A DNA stretch of 64,000 bases. Source: Leucoraja ocellata. Lineage: Eukaryota. The DNA lies in the NCBI GenBank assembly GCA_036785375.1, contig JAWMAR010000064.1, positions 1,054,001 through 1,118,000 on the forward strand, written 5' to 3'. Positions 12,406 to 26,598 of the stretch are shown here, one piece after another. Position numbers and translations under genes: made by a program. The notes under the pieces were generated by a model, which was not told the origin of the DNA, made no database searches, and saw only the letters and a program-made list of their open reading frames with translations. Each line of letters opens with the position of its first letter. Positions within the stretch are counted from its first letter, which is position 1.

Positions 12406-13680
12406 TGTTATGATTGTTATCTAAGCCACACAATATCTAGGCTGCATTATGTGTGATACCATGAGAGAGCTGCGCTGTTTCCTGTGGTGGTTTCTAGATG
12501 TGACTTTACAAGGGCCTTTCATTTCATTACATTTTATTCTCGTATTCTTGACCAACCACATACGGGTCAATTAGTTATTGTCTAACTGAGTTTTATTGGA
12601 CCTTGGTTTGGATAATCTGGCTGCCTTATTTCCAATGTTACAACTTGTGGCTGGCCTTCAAGATTACTTCATTGGCTGTAAAACACTTTAGGATACCTTG
12701 ACTTCCGGAAGGCACAATATATCTTAACATACTATGAATTATGCTGTGGTGAAGAAAATGATGTAGTCATTTGTAGACCAGTTTTAGTTCAGTTTAGCTT
12801 AGAGATACTGTGCAGAAACAGGCCGTTCGGCCCACCGAGTCTGTGCCAACCAGTGGTCACCCCGTACACTAGCACTATCCTACACACTTTCAGGACAAAG
12901 TACAATTCACAGAAGCTAATTAAACTACAAACCTGTACGTCTTTGGAGCGTGTGAAGAAACTGGAGCACCTGTAGGAAACTCACGCGATCACAGGGAGAA
13001 TGTACAAACTCCGTACTGACAGCACCTGTAGTCAGCATCAAAGCCGGGTCTCTGGTGCTGTAAAGGATCAACTTTACCACTGCGCCACTGTGCTGCCCCA
13101 ACAATTATTAGAAATACATTTTTCCAGGGTTATTACACTTCCTAGTGGAGTTGCAGCTGAATTTCTAGCAAACAAGCAGGAGATTTCCGTTCAAAAGAGT
13201 CACAAGCAAATGGCTGGAGCAGCATCTTTGAGTTGAGAAGAATGGTCAACATTTCTCATTGAACCCCTGAGAAGATTTCAGGATTTTGACCTGAAATCTC
13301 AAATATTCCTTTCCACTCACAGATACTGCACGATCTGCTGAATTCCTCCAGCAGATTGTTTGCTGCTCCTGGTTCCAGCATCTGCAGTCACTTGTATCTC
13401 CAAATTCCTTTTGAAATTCACACACGCATGCCTAGAAATTCATTGCCAGTCTGGGATATCTGGTAATGGCTTTATTGTGCCCTGTATTTTCTTTTACTGA
13501 AGCAGTGCCTTGACAGCAGAGGTGACTTACACCCTCTTCAGTTTTGTGGGTGCCGAGGTGACGGATAGGGTCAATGTCATGAGGCTTTCTACAGATTGGG
13601 CATGATATCGTGGGCATGTGGGTGATTTGTGAGGTAATGTATTAATTCAGCCATTTACACAGGGGCTTTATTTGCTCCTA

Positions 13681-14750
13681 ATAGAAACATAGAAACATAG
13701 AAACATAGAAATTAGGTGCAGGAGTAGGCCATTCGGCCCTTCGAGCCTGCACCGCCATTCAATATGATCATGGCTGATCATCCAACTCAGTATCCCGTAC
13801 CTGCCTTCTCTCCATACCCTCTGATCCCCTTAGCCACAAGGGCCACATCTAACTCCCTCTTAAATATAGCCAATGAACTGGCCTCGACTACCCTCTGTGG
13901 CAGAGAGTTCCAGAGATTCACCACTCTCTGTGTGAAAAAAGTTCTTCTCATCTCGGTTTTAAAGGATTTCTCCCTTATCCTTAAGCTGTGACCCCTTGTC
14001 CTGGACTTCCCCAACATCGGGAGCAAACTTCCTGCATCTAGCCTGTCCAACCCCTTAAGAATTTTGTAAGTTTCTATAAGATCCCCTCTCAATCTCCTAA
14101 ATTCTAGAGAGTATAAACCAAGTCTATCCAGTCTTTCTTCATAAGACAGTCCTGACATCCCAGGAATCAGTCTGGTGAACCTTCTCTGCACTCCCTCTAT
14201 GGCAATAATGTCCTTCCTCAGATTTGAAGACCAAAACTGTACGCAATACTCCAGGTGTGGTCTCACCAAGACCCTGTACAACTGCAGTAGAACCTCCCTG
14301 CTCCTATACTCAAATCCTTTTGCTATGAAAGCTAACATACCATTCGCTTTCTTCACTGCCTGCTGCACCTGCATGCCTACTTTCAATGACTGGTGTACCA
14401 TGACACCCAGGTGTCGCTGCATCTCCCCTTTTCCTAGTCGGCCACCATTTAGATAATAGTCTGCTTTCCTGTTGTTGCCACCAAAATGGATAACCTCACA
14501 TTTATCCACATTATACTGCATCTGCCAAACATTTGCCCACTCACCCAGCCTATCCAAGTCACCTTTCAGTCTCCTAGCATCCTCCTCACAGCTAACACTG
14601 CCCCCCAGCTTAGTGTCATCCGCAAACTTGGAGATATTGCCTTCAATTCCCTCATCCAGATCATTAATATATATTGTAAATAGCTGGGGTCCCAGCACTG
14701 AGCCTTGCGGTACCCCACTAGTCACTGCCTGTCATTGTGAAAAGGACCCG
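13681..14750 (-). mobile_element. Young CR1-type LINE 3' fragment, open RT frame
   Basis: 312-aa ORF with SGVPQGSVLGP and FADD; (ATAGAAAC)n tail on + strand. Confidence 0.95.
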
Positions 14751-14797
14751 TAATAGGTGGACTCGAGGATCTCAAGAGCATCCCAAAAGCTATTTCA

Positions 14798-15015
14798 AAT
14801 TTGTGGAATTCTCTGCTTCAGAAGGCAGTGGAGGCCGATTCACTGGATGTTTTCAAAAGAGAGTTAGATAGAGCTCTCAGGGCTAACAGAATCAAAGGAT
14901 AGGGGGAGAAGGCAGGAACGGGGTACTGATTGGGGATGATCAGCCATGATCAAATTGAATGGCGGTGCTGGCTCGATGGGCCGAATGGCCAACTCCTGCA
15001 CCTATTTTCTATGTT
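14798..15015 (+). mobile_element. Older CR1 3' end
   Basis: TGTGGAATTCTCTG...GGGCCGAATGGCC tail shared with the other CR1 copies. Confidence 0.8.
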
Positions 15016-15789
15016 GCTACCTTTCTCCGCTTTGAGCAGTCATGGGCCAGGCATTTTCAAGGGTCAGCGGGAATGTTGCATTTTTCAATCTGGCACGGTG
15101 CTGCAGCAGTTAGTGCTGTTGCTTCGCAGCTCCAGGGACCAGACTTCCATCATGACTGCGTTCTCTACTTGGAGTTTCTCCCAGTGTGTGGTTAAATAGC
15201 AAAGAATCAAAGGAGAATTGATGGGAATGTAGGAGATAATAAATCCCAGGACTGATGGTAAAATAATGAGAGGGGGACGAGACTGACAGAATTGCTCTGT
15301 AGGGAGCCGACATGGACCTAATGGGTCAAATGGCCTCCTTCAATGTTGGAGTAAATGAGGCTTTGAGAACATCTTTTCCTCTGTCTACTTGGCAATCTGA
15401 TCTCAGCATAGAAGTCCAAATAGAGCAACATGCATGTGAGCAACATGCCCTGGTCAACACGGCTGACTGAATGTAACAATGATCTCCATGCTGGTGATAT
15501 TAGTCTGGGAGAGGACACCAAGATTGGGTTTACTGACCCCTCCATTGAATTTGGAGGATTTTGTGGAGAATTCATTGGGGGTATTTTCCAGTGTCTTGAA
15601 GTACTTGCTCTTGGTAGTCCATGTCTGAAAAGCATATAGGAGGGCAGAGCTTATTGCTGCCTTGCAGACACACTTTATACTAGGTCTGAAGTCTTGCTCT
15701 CTAAACTCTCTTTTTCTCAATCAACCAAAGGCTGTGATGTTGTATTGAAAATGACAATGATTTTCATCATTGATATCTCTGGTTTGGTT

Positions 15790-16510
15790 TATTATTACAC
15801 CTCAGTCACATGTACCAAGGTACAGTGAAAGAATGTGCGTGCATTCCAGCCAAATTGAACTATACATGTGTACAATCAAGCCATCCACAACAGGTCGAGC
15901 AAAGAGAAAAAATACCAGAGTGTCATGTATAGCAATACAACATTATAGCATTGTAGTTACAGAAAAAGTGCAGATACAAAGAGTGTAAGGGCAGCAATGA
16001 GGGAGCTTGGGGATTGAGAGTACACCCTTAGCTCATGAGAGGACCATTCAGTAGTCTGACTACAGCAGGAAAGCTGTCCTGAATCTGGTGGTATGTGCTT
16101 CCAAGCTTTTTTATCTGCTGCCCAACAGAAGATGGAATAACCGGGGTGTGAATGGCTCTTGATCCGAAGAAGGGTTTCAGCCCGAAACGTTGCCTATTTC
16201 CTTCGCTCCATAGATGCTGCCTCACCCGCTGAGTTTCTCCAGCATTTGCATGTCTACCTTTGGCCTTTGATTAAGTTGGCTGCTTTCCTGATGCAGTGTG
16301 AAGTGTAAATTGAATCAATGTGGTAGGGAAGGGGGAGGGAGTGGCTGAGTTTGTGTGATGGACTAGGCTACATCATCAACTTTGCAATTTCTTGCGGTAT
16401 TCCCAATACATGCACCTGTTTCTACCGTGCATCTGTAGAAGTTGGTAAGGTTCATTGTAAAACATACCAAATGTACCTAGTCATCTGAGGAAGTAGAGGT
16501 GACTTTCCTC
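15790..16510 (-). mobile_element. Decayed Rex1/Babar-like LINE 3' part with nested Penelope terminus
   Basis: Similar to 36020-36700; PLE terminal repeat at ~16161-16260. Confidence 0.55.
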
Positions 16511-16528
16511 CATGTTGAATTTGCCTTT

Positions 16529-17051
16529 TGCCATAGAGGGAGTGCAGAGAAGGTTCACCAGACTGATTCCTGGGATGTCAGGACTGTCTTATGAAGAAAG
16601 ACTGGATAGACTTGGTTTATACTCTCTAGAATTTAGGAGATTGAGAGGGGATCTTATAGAAACTTACAAAATTCTTAAGGGTTTGGACAGGCTAGATGCA
16701 GGAAGATTGCTCCCGATGTTGGGGAAGTCCAGGACAAGGGATCACAGCTTAAGGATAAGGGGGAAATCCTTTAAAACCGAGATGAGAAGAACTTTTTTCA
16801 CACAGAGAGTGGTGAATCTCTGGAACTCTCTGCCACAGAGGGTAGTCGAGGCCAGTTCATTGGCTATATTTAAGAGGGAGTTAGATGTGGCCCTTGTGGC
16901 TAAGGGGATCAGAGGGTATGTAGAGAAGGCAGGTACGGGATACTGAGTTGGATGATCAGCCATGATCATATTGAATGGCGGTGCAGGCTCGAAGGGCCGA
17001 ATGGCCTACTCCCGCACCTAATTTCTATGTTTCTATGTCTATGTTTCTATG
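16529..17051 (+). mobile_element. Young CR1-type LINE 3' fragment
   Basis: ORF 16512..16946 differs at only 4 residues from the matching part of 13787..14725; (TTTCTATG)n tail. Confidence 0.95.
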
Positions 17052-17434
17052 AATTAAATAAGGGTGTGAGGACACCCACAATTCTCACCCTTCTCTCACA
17101 TTTTACTGAATAAACGTGCGTGTGCAAGCATCATGGTCATTCTCAGCGTGACTGTAGCGGTTTGGGTAACTTTAGTTCTGGTGTGGTTGCTGTTCCTTGA
17201 ACACCTTCTGTAACTTCTGAAGACTCCTGCACTCTTGGTGGACAGGAACAAAACCATTGGATAGATGAGGCAACTTTTTTTGATACTGATCTTCACTGAG
17301 ATTGGGTCTTCTGTTGATACCCTGGTTAGGATCATGACATGCAAACCATTATGAAGCAAATGTAAGACAGAGATGAAATTCTGTGGGCAGCTGCACTTGA
17401 GGGGAGTACTCAGCAATTCCTCCTAGTTGGTGGT

Positions 17435-17733
17435 TTAGGTTAGTTTAGAGATACAGTGCAGAAACAGGCCCTTCTGCCCACTGGCTCCGTGCCGACCAGC
17501 GATCCCCACACATTAACACTATCCTCCACCCACTAGGGACATTTTTAATATTTACAAAGCCAATTAACCGCCAAACCTGTACGTCTTTGGAGTGTGGGAA
17601 GAAACCGAAGATCTCGGAGAAAACACACGCAGGTCACGGGGAGAATGTACAAACTCCGTACAGACAGCACCCACAGTCAGGATCGAACCTGGGCCTCCTG
17701 TGCTGCATTCGCTGTAAGGCAGCAACTCTACCG
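17435..17733 (-). mobile_element. HE1-type V-SINE
   Basis: Reverse complement of the 49466-49795 family; further copies at about 1-68, 2505-2785, 12785-13098, 20445-20735, 23465-23780, 27740-28035, 32495-32780, 38780-39030, 59560-60030 (all minus) and 39985-40290, 48818-49090 (plus). Confidence 0.9.
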
Positions 17734-20700
17734 CTGCGCCACCGTGACCGCCCTCTGTGCCACTGTGACGGCCCTGAAAGACCGGCTTGGTAGAATCAAA
17801 GGATTTAGGGAGGTCAACAAAGGTCAGCATTGGTACTGTGTAGGAAGGAACTACAGATACTGGTTTAAACCGAAGACAGACACAAAGTCTGAAGAAGGGT
17901 CTCGTCCCGAAGTGTCACCCATTTCTTCTCTCCGGAGATACTGTCCGTCCTGCTGAGTTACTTCAGCATTTTGTGTCTATCTTCAACATTATTACTGTGC
18001 CCTGCATTTCTCTTGGAGTTGTATTGCGTGCAGATTTGAGGATGGGCATTTCATGCTAATTATGTCAAGAATGCCCAGCTCTGAAAATGAATATGAATAG
18101 TAAAAGAGATGTCCACTGTGCCTCTTGATCGATAGATTTGATATTTGATATTTGAGATTTGGGGTGCAACTGATCAGCGGCTGATGCAGGTGCATGAGAT
18201 GGATTAATATATTAATATTAATAAACTGCGGTTAATATATTGGACTTTGATCCTTTCTTGTAGATGGTCATGACAAAAGCATCACTTGGGGGACCGATCT
18301 ATCTTCCTCTTTCCAGTTGTGGCCAATGAGATTTGTGACTGATTGTGGTGGCTTCACCAACAAATGTTAGAACTGCAGCTATGATATCATCTGCTCTCAA
18401 AGCCTTGTATTTTTTTAGGTAGGACATAGCTTGTTGGTCATGAGGGTTGGTTGGATTGGACAGAATAAACTGTAGTAGGATGGGGTCAAGAGTGCTCATG
18501 TCAATTACAAATTTGTGATGAGGGGGTTTTTTGAAATGTTCCTCCCGTGGGTGTTTATAATTTTCTGTTCTTAAGACGTTCACCATTCTTGGCTCTCAGT
18601 AGTGTGGCCTTGTATGTTTGGGCCATAATTGACCTTGAACTCAAACAGGTAATGGTCGTAGTGAGCAGCTGCATCATACTCATAGTCATACAGCATAGAA
18701 ATTAGCCACACTGACCAACATGTCCCATCCACACTAGTCCCACCTGCCTGCATTTGGCCTACATCCCTCTAAACTTGTTCTATCCAGGTATAATTGTTTC
18801 TTAGTGTTGTGATAGCACCTGCCTCAATTACCTTTTCTGGCAGTTTGTTCCATACTCCCACCACCCTTTGTGTGAAAAAGTTACTCCTCAGGTTCCTATT
18901 AAATCTTTCTCACCTCACCATAAACCTATGTCCTCTGGTCCTCGATTTCCCTACTCTGGGCAAGAGATTCTGGGCATCAACCCATTCTATTCCTCTCATG
19001 ATTTAGTACGGCTGCCATCAGTTTTTTTTAGGTTATGGATTTCCACCACAATTTGAAGTTTGGCACGTGGAATATGAGGACCATCGTGGACAGTCACAGC
19101 AGTGACACACCTGACTGTTGTTCTGCTCCCTTAAATTAAGCTCAGACACTTTGACATCAACATCACAGTCCTGAGTGAAGCACAAAGTGTGGGAGATGGC
19201 CAGTTTAAAGAATAAGGCAGGGAGAAAACCAAGGAGAACAATAAACTCTCTTGACTCTTGAGTCTTGACTCAAGGTACAGGTATGTCTACCTTGAAGGAG
19301 TTCTACTCTCTCCAATGAGAGTTCAGCAGTCTATCTTTGGGTTAAACCAGCATCTGCAGTTCCTTCATACACAGGGAGAGCACCTTTTTCTGTATGGTCA
19401 CAACATCACAACACAAAGTCCATCGTCATGAATGATTTGGTCAGTCATGTTAGGAACTCTTCCCCAGAATGAGAGAATACTATATTATCCTTTGGTTCTC
19501 TCCCACATGGAACCAAGATCAATACAGACACCCCAAACTTCCAATGAAGCCAAAGGGAACCCCTATAATATTAAGAAAAACTGGTTTACCCCATAAAGGA
19601 AATAAACTGATCCTCTTGGGTGCCAAGATGGGATAATATGCAAGTGTGTAATTGGCAAGGAAAGAACAGAGATAGCTAACGATTCTTATCTTGACAAAAT
19701 GCACGGAGCACTGTTTTACCACAATCAGTATCCTACTTTATCAAAGAGAATCTCGCACAACATCTTGCAGTAACATTTCTATTCCAATTTCTGGCACCTG
19801 GTAAATGTTATCATTGTTTGAGAAAGGGCCACAAAGATATTTGTATCAGTGGTATTGTGTCAACTTTGACGCCCATTATGGGCTGACCGTTTGTATAATA
19901 CACTGTATTATTTCCATTAAACTGGTCTCGTAAATGCCAGCACCAACAGCAACATTGCCACAAGAAGATAGGTGTTAAAGGACCCTCACAGTGGTAGCTC
20001 CCTTCCGACAGCACCTCACAGGCAGCTTGTCAACCTGTACCCCAGCAGAGATTCACATGAGTCTCAGCTAAATTGGCATGACCCTTTAATGAGAGTGGTA
20101 TCAGAAGCAGTTTGGTTTTATGATCAAGAGTTGCACTCAATGCATTCTTATGTGCATTTTTGGCTATAAGGCTATATTACCGAAAATAATATTAAAAAAA
20201 TAATTCTCTTACACCTTGAGTTTCATTCTACATTTGTTAAATTGCCTGGGCATTTGAACCATGTTTAAATCACAGCTCTCAGAGAAAACAGTGAGGATTT
20301 ACCCATACATTTCCAGGCAGCAGCAGCTTTGCACAATTATTCACTGATTACTTCAAAGAACATTAAAAATCATTTCAGATGTATTTGTGATCCAATGCAT
20401 GACTGTAGAATCTGTCCTGCAATTTCTTATAATTTCACATGACTTTAGACTTTAGACTAGAGATTCAGCATGGAAGCAGGCCCTTCGGCCCACAGAGTCC
20501 GTGCCATCCCTGTACACTGACACTATCCAAAATTTCCAATTTTACTGAAGCCAATTAACTTCAAACCTGTACATCTTTGTAGTGTGGGAGGAAACCAGAG
20601 CACCCAGAGAAAAACCCATGCAGTAACAGAGAGAACGTACAAACTCCATACAGACAGCACTCACGGCCAGGATCACCCCTGGGTCTCCGGCACTGTGAGG

Positions 20701-23700
20701 CAGCAGCTCTACTGCTGCACCACTGTGCCGCCCTGTGCCACATGTGAGTTTAATAATCATATCAATCTGCACTAATTTCCATGGTATATTTAGTCACTGC
20801 AAATAATTGCTAGACAAGATTCCAAACTTATCCTTTCCAATGGAATAATGTAAAAGTTGTAATAGTTTTGAGCTTGGACACATTAACAGTTTAAATAACT
20901 GAACACTGACTTTTAAAACAAGGGCATCAGAGGACTGAGTAAGAGATGACGTACCAAATGTATCCGCCATGCCAGTGGCAACGAATTATGAGCAGTCACA
21001 AGCAGTCAGAGTTTAGTATGCCTTCGTTAGCATAAACCTGTCAATGGCCCTTTCAACGCCTCACATAGTATTCAGATTTGTAATCCAGTTATTTACCAAT
21101 TTAACAAAGACCAACCCAAAGCATTTACAATGTTATATTCAGGGCATGAGTTGCAAGGTGTTATTTAATTTTCCCTTTCTATTTTGTTGTAATAAATAAT
21201 GCCAACCAATCGACAGTGAGAAATCGGTCAAATATAATTTTCTGTTCAATATCACAATTGAACCTTCCCTTTAATTTGTTGCTTCCATGACTTGCTTTCA
21301 CTGGCATTTCCCATAATCCATTTTGTCCAAAATTGACAGGGATTTTTTTAACTCTTTTGTTTATGTGCCGATGTAAATGAGACCTGATTGCCGGCGTCAT
21401 TTACTGAATGTGCTAGCAAGCACAAATAAGGCAAACACAAAAAAACGCTTCAGACAGCAATTGTGTCTGCTCCATCAAACGTCATACTGCTTTCACTAAC
21501 TTTCTCATGCTCGGAAATGGCTAGAATATTAATTACTGTGCCATTCAGAGAGCTTACACCGTGAACTCACGCAAGGTTTTTGCTGAATTTAAAATGCAAA
21601 ATCTCCCGGGGCATTCTAAAGATGTTATTGAGTCTTCTGCCAGGTTCTTGGTCTTTCATGCAAAAGGATTTATCAAGTTTCTCTGGATACTTTTGTTAGA
21701 GCTTAGCTCATGTTATACTGGAAACAATTCACTTTGGAGCAGACTGTTGCTAGGATAAGTGAAAGCTGGGTCATACAGTAGCTGAGGATGGTGATTAATT
21801 TCAACTATATCCCGACCCCCATGAAGTCCAGAACATCTGTGTCACTTAGATTTTTCAATTTAATAAAACCATAAGACCATAAGACATAGGAATAGAATTA
21901 GGCCATTCGGCCCATCGATTTTGGAACCATTTAATCATCTAATTTTCCCTCTCAACCCCATTCTTCTGCCTTCACCTTTGATGCCCTTAATAATCAAGAA
22001 TAAATATCAATCTGTGCCTTAAAAATACCTAAAGACTTGGCCACCACCACTGTGGGTGGCATTAATTTCCTCCAGACCCTTGGGCTGAATAAAATCCCCC
22101 TCATTTGCATTCTAAAGGTACGCCCTTTAACTCTAAGGCTATGCACTCTGGACCTGGATTCTCTCACTACTGAAAACATCCTCTCCACATCCAGAATATC
22201 TAGAATATCTATCTAGAATATCGTAATGTATCACTGATTTGTTCAATAACTGTGCCCATACCTTTAAAATATTTATTTTATATGTTTCCTATTTTAAAGT
22301 TGCCCATACTGGGCGATGCAACAGTTTCCAATTTAGGCTCCCAGGGCTGGATTTGTATGCTTTGACACATTTGATGTTGGTAGGTGAGACAAAGTAACAC
22401 GGACAAATCTGAAATTATTGGAACTTTCAGTTAATTTAACCATAGCTTTCATATTATAATCACGGGGTCTAGTGGGCGTAATGATGACACACAGCAATTT
22501 AAATTCAGCTCCACTGCATGAAGTTGTATGTCCAGAATGGCATCTCACATTCATAGAGTGATACAATGTGGAAACAGGCCCTTCTGCCCAACTTGCCCGC
22601 AGCGGCCAACATGTCCCAGCTACACCAGTCCCACCTGCCTGCGTTTGGTCCACATCCCTCCAAAACCTGTCCTATCCATGTACCTGTTTAACTGTTTCTT
22701 AAATGTTGGGATAGTCCCAAAGCTTTTGTTGCATGCTAACCAGTCAGCAGAAAGACAATACATGATTACAATCGAGCCATTCACTGTGTCCAGATACATG
22801 ATAAAGGGAATAACGTTTAGTACAAGGTACAGCCAGTAATGTGCACATTAATAGAACCTTTTCAATCAACAAATTATACCTCAGAGCACCAGCTTCCAGG
22901 CTTCAATCCTGATTATATGTGCTGTCTATGTGGAGTTGGCATGTTCTCCCGGTGGCCATATGAGTTATTCCATTAAACCTGGTACCCTGGTTTCCTCCAA
23001 CATACCAAAGACTGTGGAAAGACACAAAATGTTGGAGTAACTCAGCGGGGCAGGCAGCAGCTCTGGAGAGCAGGAATGGGTGATGTTTCGGGTCGAGACC
23101 CTTGTTCAGATTGTGGTTAGTTGGTTTGTTGCCCGCTGTATAGTAATATGTTTACTGAACAGTATGCAAAAAAATAATTTCACTCTACCTTGGTACAAGT
23201 GACAATAAAGTACCATTGGTCTATAGACCCGTTGACCCACTGTAATTTGCCCCAAATGTATCGTTGCTTGATTTAATCTTAGGGGAGTTGATGAGAATGT
23301 GGCAAGTATTTTTAAACATGAGATTAACTTAGGGTGCATAGAGGTCAGTGTGGACACAGTGAGCCAAAGTTCCTATGCTGCAAGGATCTATGACATTGTG
23401 ACAAAGCATCTGCCACCAGCCCGATGTATTTGTGAGTGGCCAACAGTGCTGTCCTTTGTTCAGTTTTAGTTTAGTTTAGAGAAACAGTGCAGAAACAGGC
23501 CCTTCGGCTCACCGAGTCTGCAATGACCAGCGATCTCCACACATTAAGACTGCCCCATGCACCCTGGGGATAATTTTACATTAATACCAAGCCAATTAAC
23601 CTACACAAACCTGTATGCCTTTGGAGTGTGGGAGGAAACCGAAGATCTTGGAGAAAATCCGCGCAGGTCACGGGGAGAACGTACAAACTCCGTACAGACA

Positions 23701-25264
23701 GTACCCGTAGTCGGGATCAAACCCAGGTCTCTGGCACTGTCGGGCAGCAACTCTACCGCTGCGCCACCACACTGCCCGTGCCGTGTCTTTTGGAATGATC
23801 CAAAGGTGCAGATGTTGAGGCAGCAGTTATCTTCACATACCATTCTTGTCCCTGCAACCAACAGACAGCAGGTTCTCTTTCACTTAATGTCCATTTGCTC
23901 TTCTCTAGTTCATCAGCAGTGATGAAAGTGTCATTGTGCACTTATAATTCAGGCAGGACTGCACTACAAAACTGCACAAAATAATAATCTAAATTGTAAA
24001 GGGAATCTGATCTTTCTTTAAAGCAAGTTCTTGAACTCCTCGGCATGAATATTAGTTTTATAAAAATGCGTGGTTATGTGAAAGGTATCTGTCATTCTGT
24101 TTACTATCTGTGCAGATTGAGAAGAATGTTCCTTCCACACTCTGTAATTATTTATTCAGGTAACATGTCATTATACAAGCAAAGACATGCATCCTTTTGC
24201 TTTTTAAAGCCATCTGCGTGTTACTCTCAATTCCACAAAACAAAAAATAGGTCAGAATTGGATTCAAACATGTACAATGTACAATGAGTATAGTCCTCCT
24301 CACAAATAGCAGATGGAAATTTTAGTATTTCATTATTTTAACATAAGTCTTAAAGCAGTATTGTCCTTGTATTTCCTGAAAAACGATTGAAAAGTCAATG
24401 ATACGTAGCAGCAATAAAATTGAAACTATTTACTCTATTACTCAAAGTAGATATATTTGTATTTCTTTCAAGGCGAGACTCACCAACTTATTACAGCTCC
24501 CAATGAAACAGAGCCGATCAGGCTTTGAGCATTGTTCAAAGATACGATTGTGTACACTTTCATTGTTGGAAACTGGACATTTGACTGCTTGCCAATATTT
24601 CTTCCACACCTAACAGATTTTGAAAGGTGAGGTGCAACTGGAAAGAGCTCTCTGAATGTTTCAATGGTCTGCAGGCATTCTTTTCCGTTAGCAAGAATAG
24701 TGAAGAATTGTGGCGGCTTTAATTGATCAAGCAAATGTCATCGCTCACTGACAAGTCTCAAAGATCAATGGTTCAATGGTAGTTGTCTGTCACGGTTATG
24801 CACTGCACAGTGAAATTCTCTTTGCAATAGCTCACGAGTCACTATATTTTGGCGGCATTTACAAAAGTCCAAAGTCCGGTCCACGTGCTCGATACCCATC
24901 CAGATAAGCCCCACGCTACTGCAGGGCCACCTCCATCACCCTTGACCAGTTCGGTCCGTCAACCAATGTCCCTCTCCTCTCCTGGGGCCACCTCCTGAAA
25001 CAACCTTGAAGATGCTGGAGTTAATACCCCGGTCTCTCTACTACTGGCCCACTCCTCACGTCCATCGTCGGCAGTGGCTCTGACCTCCTTGACTCTGCTC
25101 TTCGGGGCTGAGCTCGGCGACTACGGGCAGCGGTCTAACCGGGCCTGCCACCGCCTGTGGCCGCGGGTGACCCGCCAGGTCTTCCTTCGTGGCGGCCCGC
25201 CAGGTTCTTCTTAGTTCGGCTCCTCGTTGCATCACGGGTGCTTTTGCCGCCATCTGCCACCCGA

Positions 25265-26031
25265 GGGATGGATTGTGTGGATAGCGCACAAATGGTGTGG
25301 ATGGGGAAGGAGCTGGATTACATGCAGCAGGTGAAGAGGTGAAGAAGAAGTGTACACTCCATTGAGGATAAATGGGGATCCTGTGGATAGGGTGAACTGT
25401 TTTAAATATCTGGGAGTCCACATCTCTGAGGATATGACATGGTCATCACACGCCTCAGCACTCGTGAGTAAGGCAAGGCAGCGCCTTTACCACCTCAGGC
25501 AATTGAGGAAATTCAGAGTGTCTCCGAGGATCCTCCAGTGCTTCTACGCAGCGGCGGTGGAAAGCATCTTGTCCAGGAATATTACCATCTGGTTCGGGAA
25601 TTGCTCTGCCAAGGACAAGAAGGGTCTGCAGAGAGTAGTGCGTTCGGCCGAACGCACTATGGGAACTTCACTCACCCCCCTGCAGGAACTATACAACAGG
25701 AGGTGCAACTCCAGAGCAAACAAAATCATGAGAGACCTCTTCCACCCCTGCAACGGACTGTTCCAGCCGCTACGGTCAGGCAAACGCCTCCGTTGCCATG
25801 CGGTGAGAACGGAGAGGTTGAGAATTCGGACTGTAAACGCCTTTCTCACCAGGGACTAACTGTACAGAAAGTTTTTCATTCTATTATTTATTATGTAAAA
25901 TAATATGTGTGTTATGATTGTGTTTATAATTTGTTTGGATGTTTTGTTGTTCCGCGAGCATTGCCACTTTCATTTCACTGCACATCTCGTATGTGTATGT
26001 GACAAATAAACTTGACTTGACTTGACTTGAC
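25265..26031 (+). mobile_element. Rex1/Babar-like LINE 3' fragment
   Basis: YTPLRINGDPVDRVNCFKYLGVHISEDMTWSSH...KARQRLYHLRQLRKF; AATAAA plus (CTTGA)n tail. Confidence 0.85.
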
Positions 26032-26099
26032 TATGTGTAGGAACATTGGGGTGGTAGAGGAATCAATGGGAGGGAGTGGAGACCTGAAGTTAGAGTCTT

Positions 26100-26598
26100 A
26101 CTTAGAGTCATAGAGTGATACAGTGTATCAACTTGCCCACACCGGCCAACACGGTCCCAGCTACACCAGTCCCACCTGCCCGCATTTGGCCCGTATCCCT
26201 CCAAACTTATCCTATCCATGTAACTGTCTAATTGTTTCTTAAACGTTGGGAGAGTCCCAGCCTCAACTACCTCCTCTGGCAGCTCGTTCCATACACCTAT
26301 CACCCGCTTGTGTGAAAAAGTTACCCCTCAGATTTCTATTAAATGCTTTCCCCTTCACCTTAAACATGTGTCCTCCGGTCCTCGATTCACGTAATCTGGG
26401 CAAGAGACTGTGTGCATCTACCTGATCTATTTCTCTCATGGTTTTATACACTTCTATAAGATCACCCCTCAACCTCCTGCGCTCCAGGGAATAGAGTCCC
26501 AGCCTACTCAACCTCTCCCTATAGCTCAGACCCTCTAGTCCTGGCAACATCCTCGTAAATCTTCTCCGTACCCTTTCCAGGTTTCCAGCTTGACAACA
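26100..26598 (-). mobile_element. CR1/HER1-type LINE 3' end
   Basis: MLPGLEGLSYRERLSRLGLYSLERRRLRGDLIEVYK; WNELPEEVVEAG. Confidence 0.9.

Noticed and set aside
13787-14725. 312-aa open reverse transcriptase frame as a domesticated gene
   Set aside because: 5'-truncated CR1 with its normal tail and a near-identical sibling nearby; an open frame is explained by young age.
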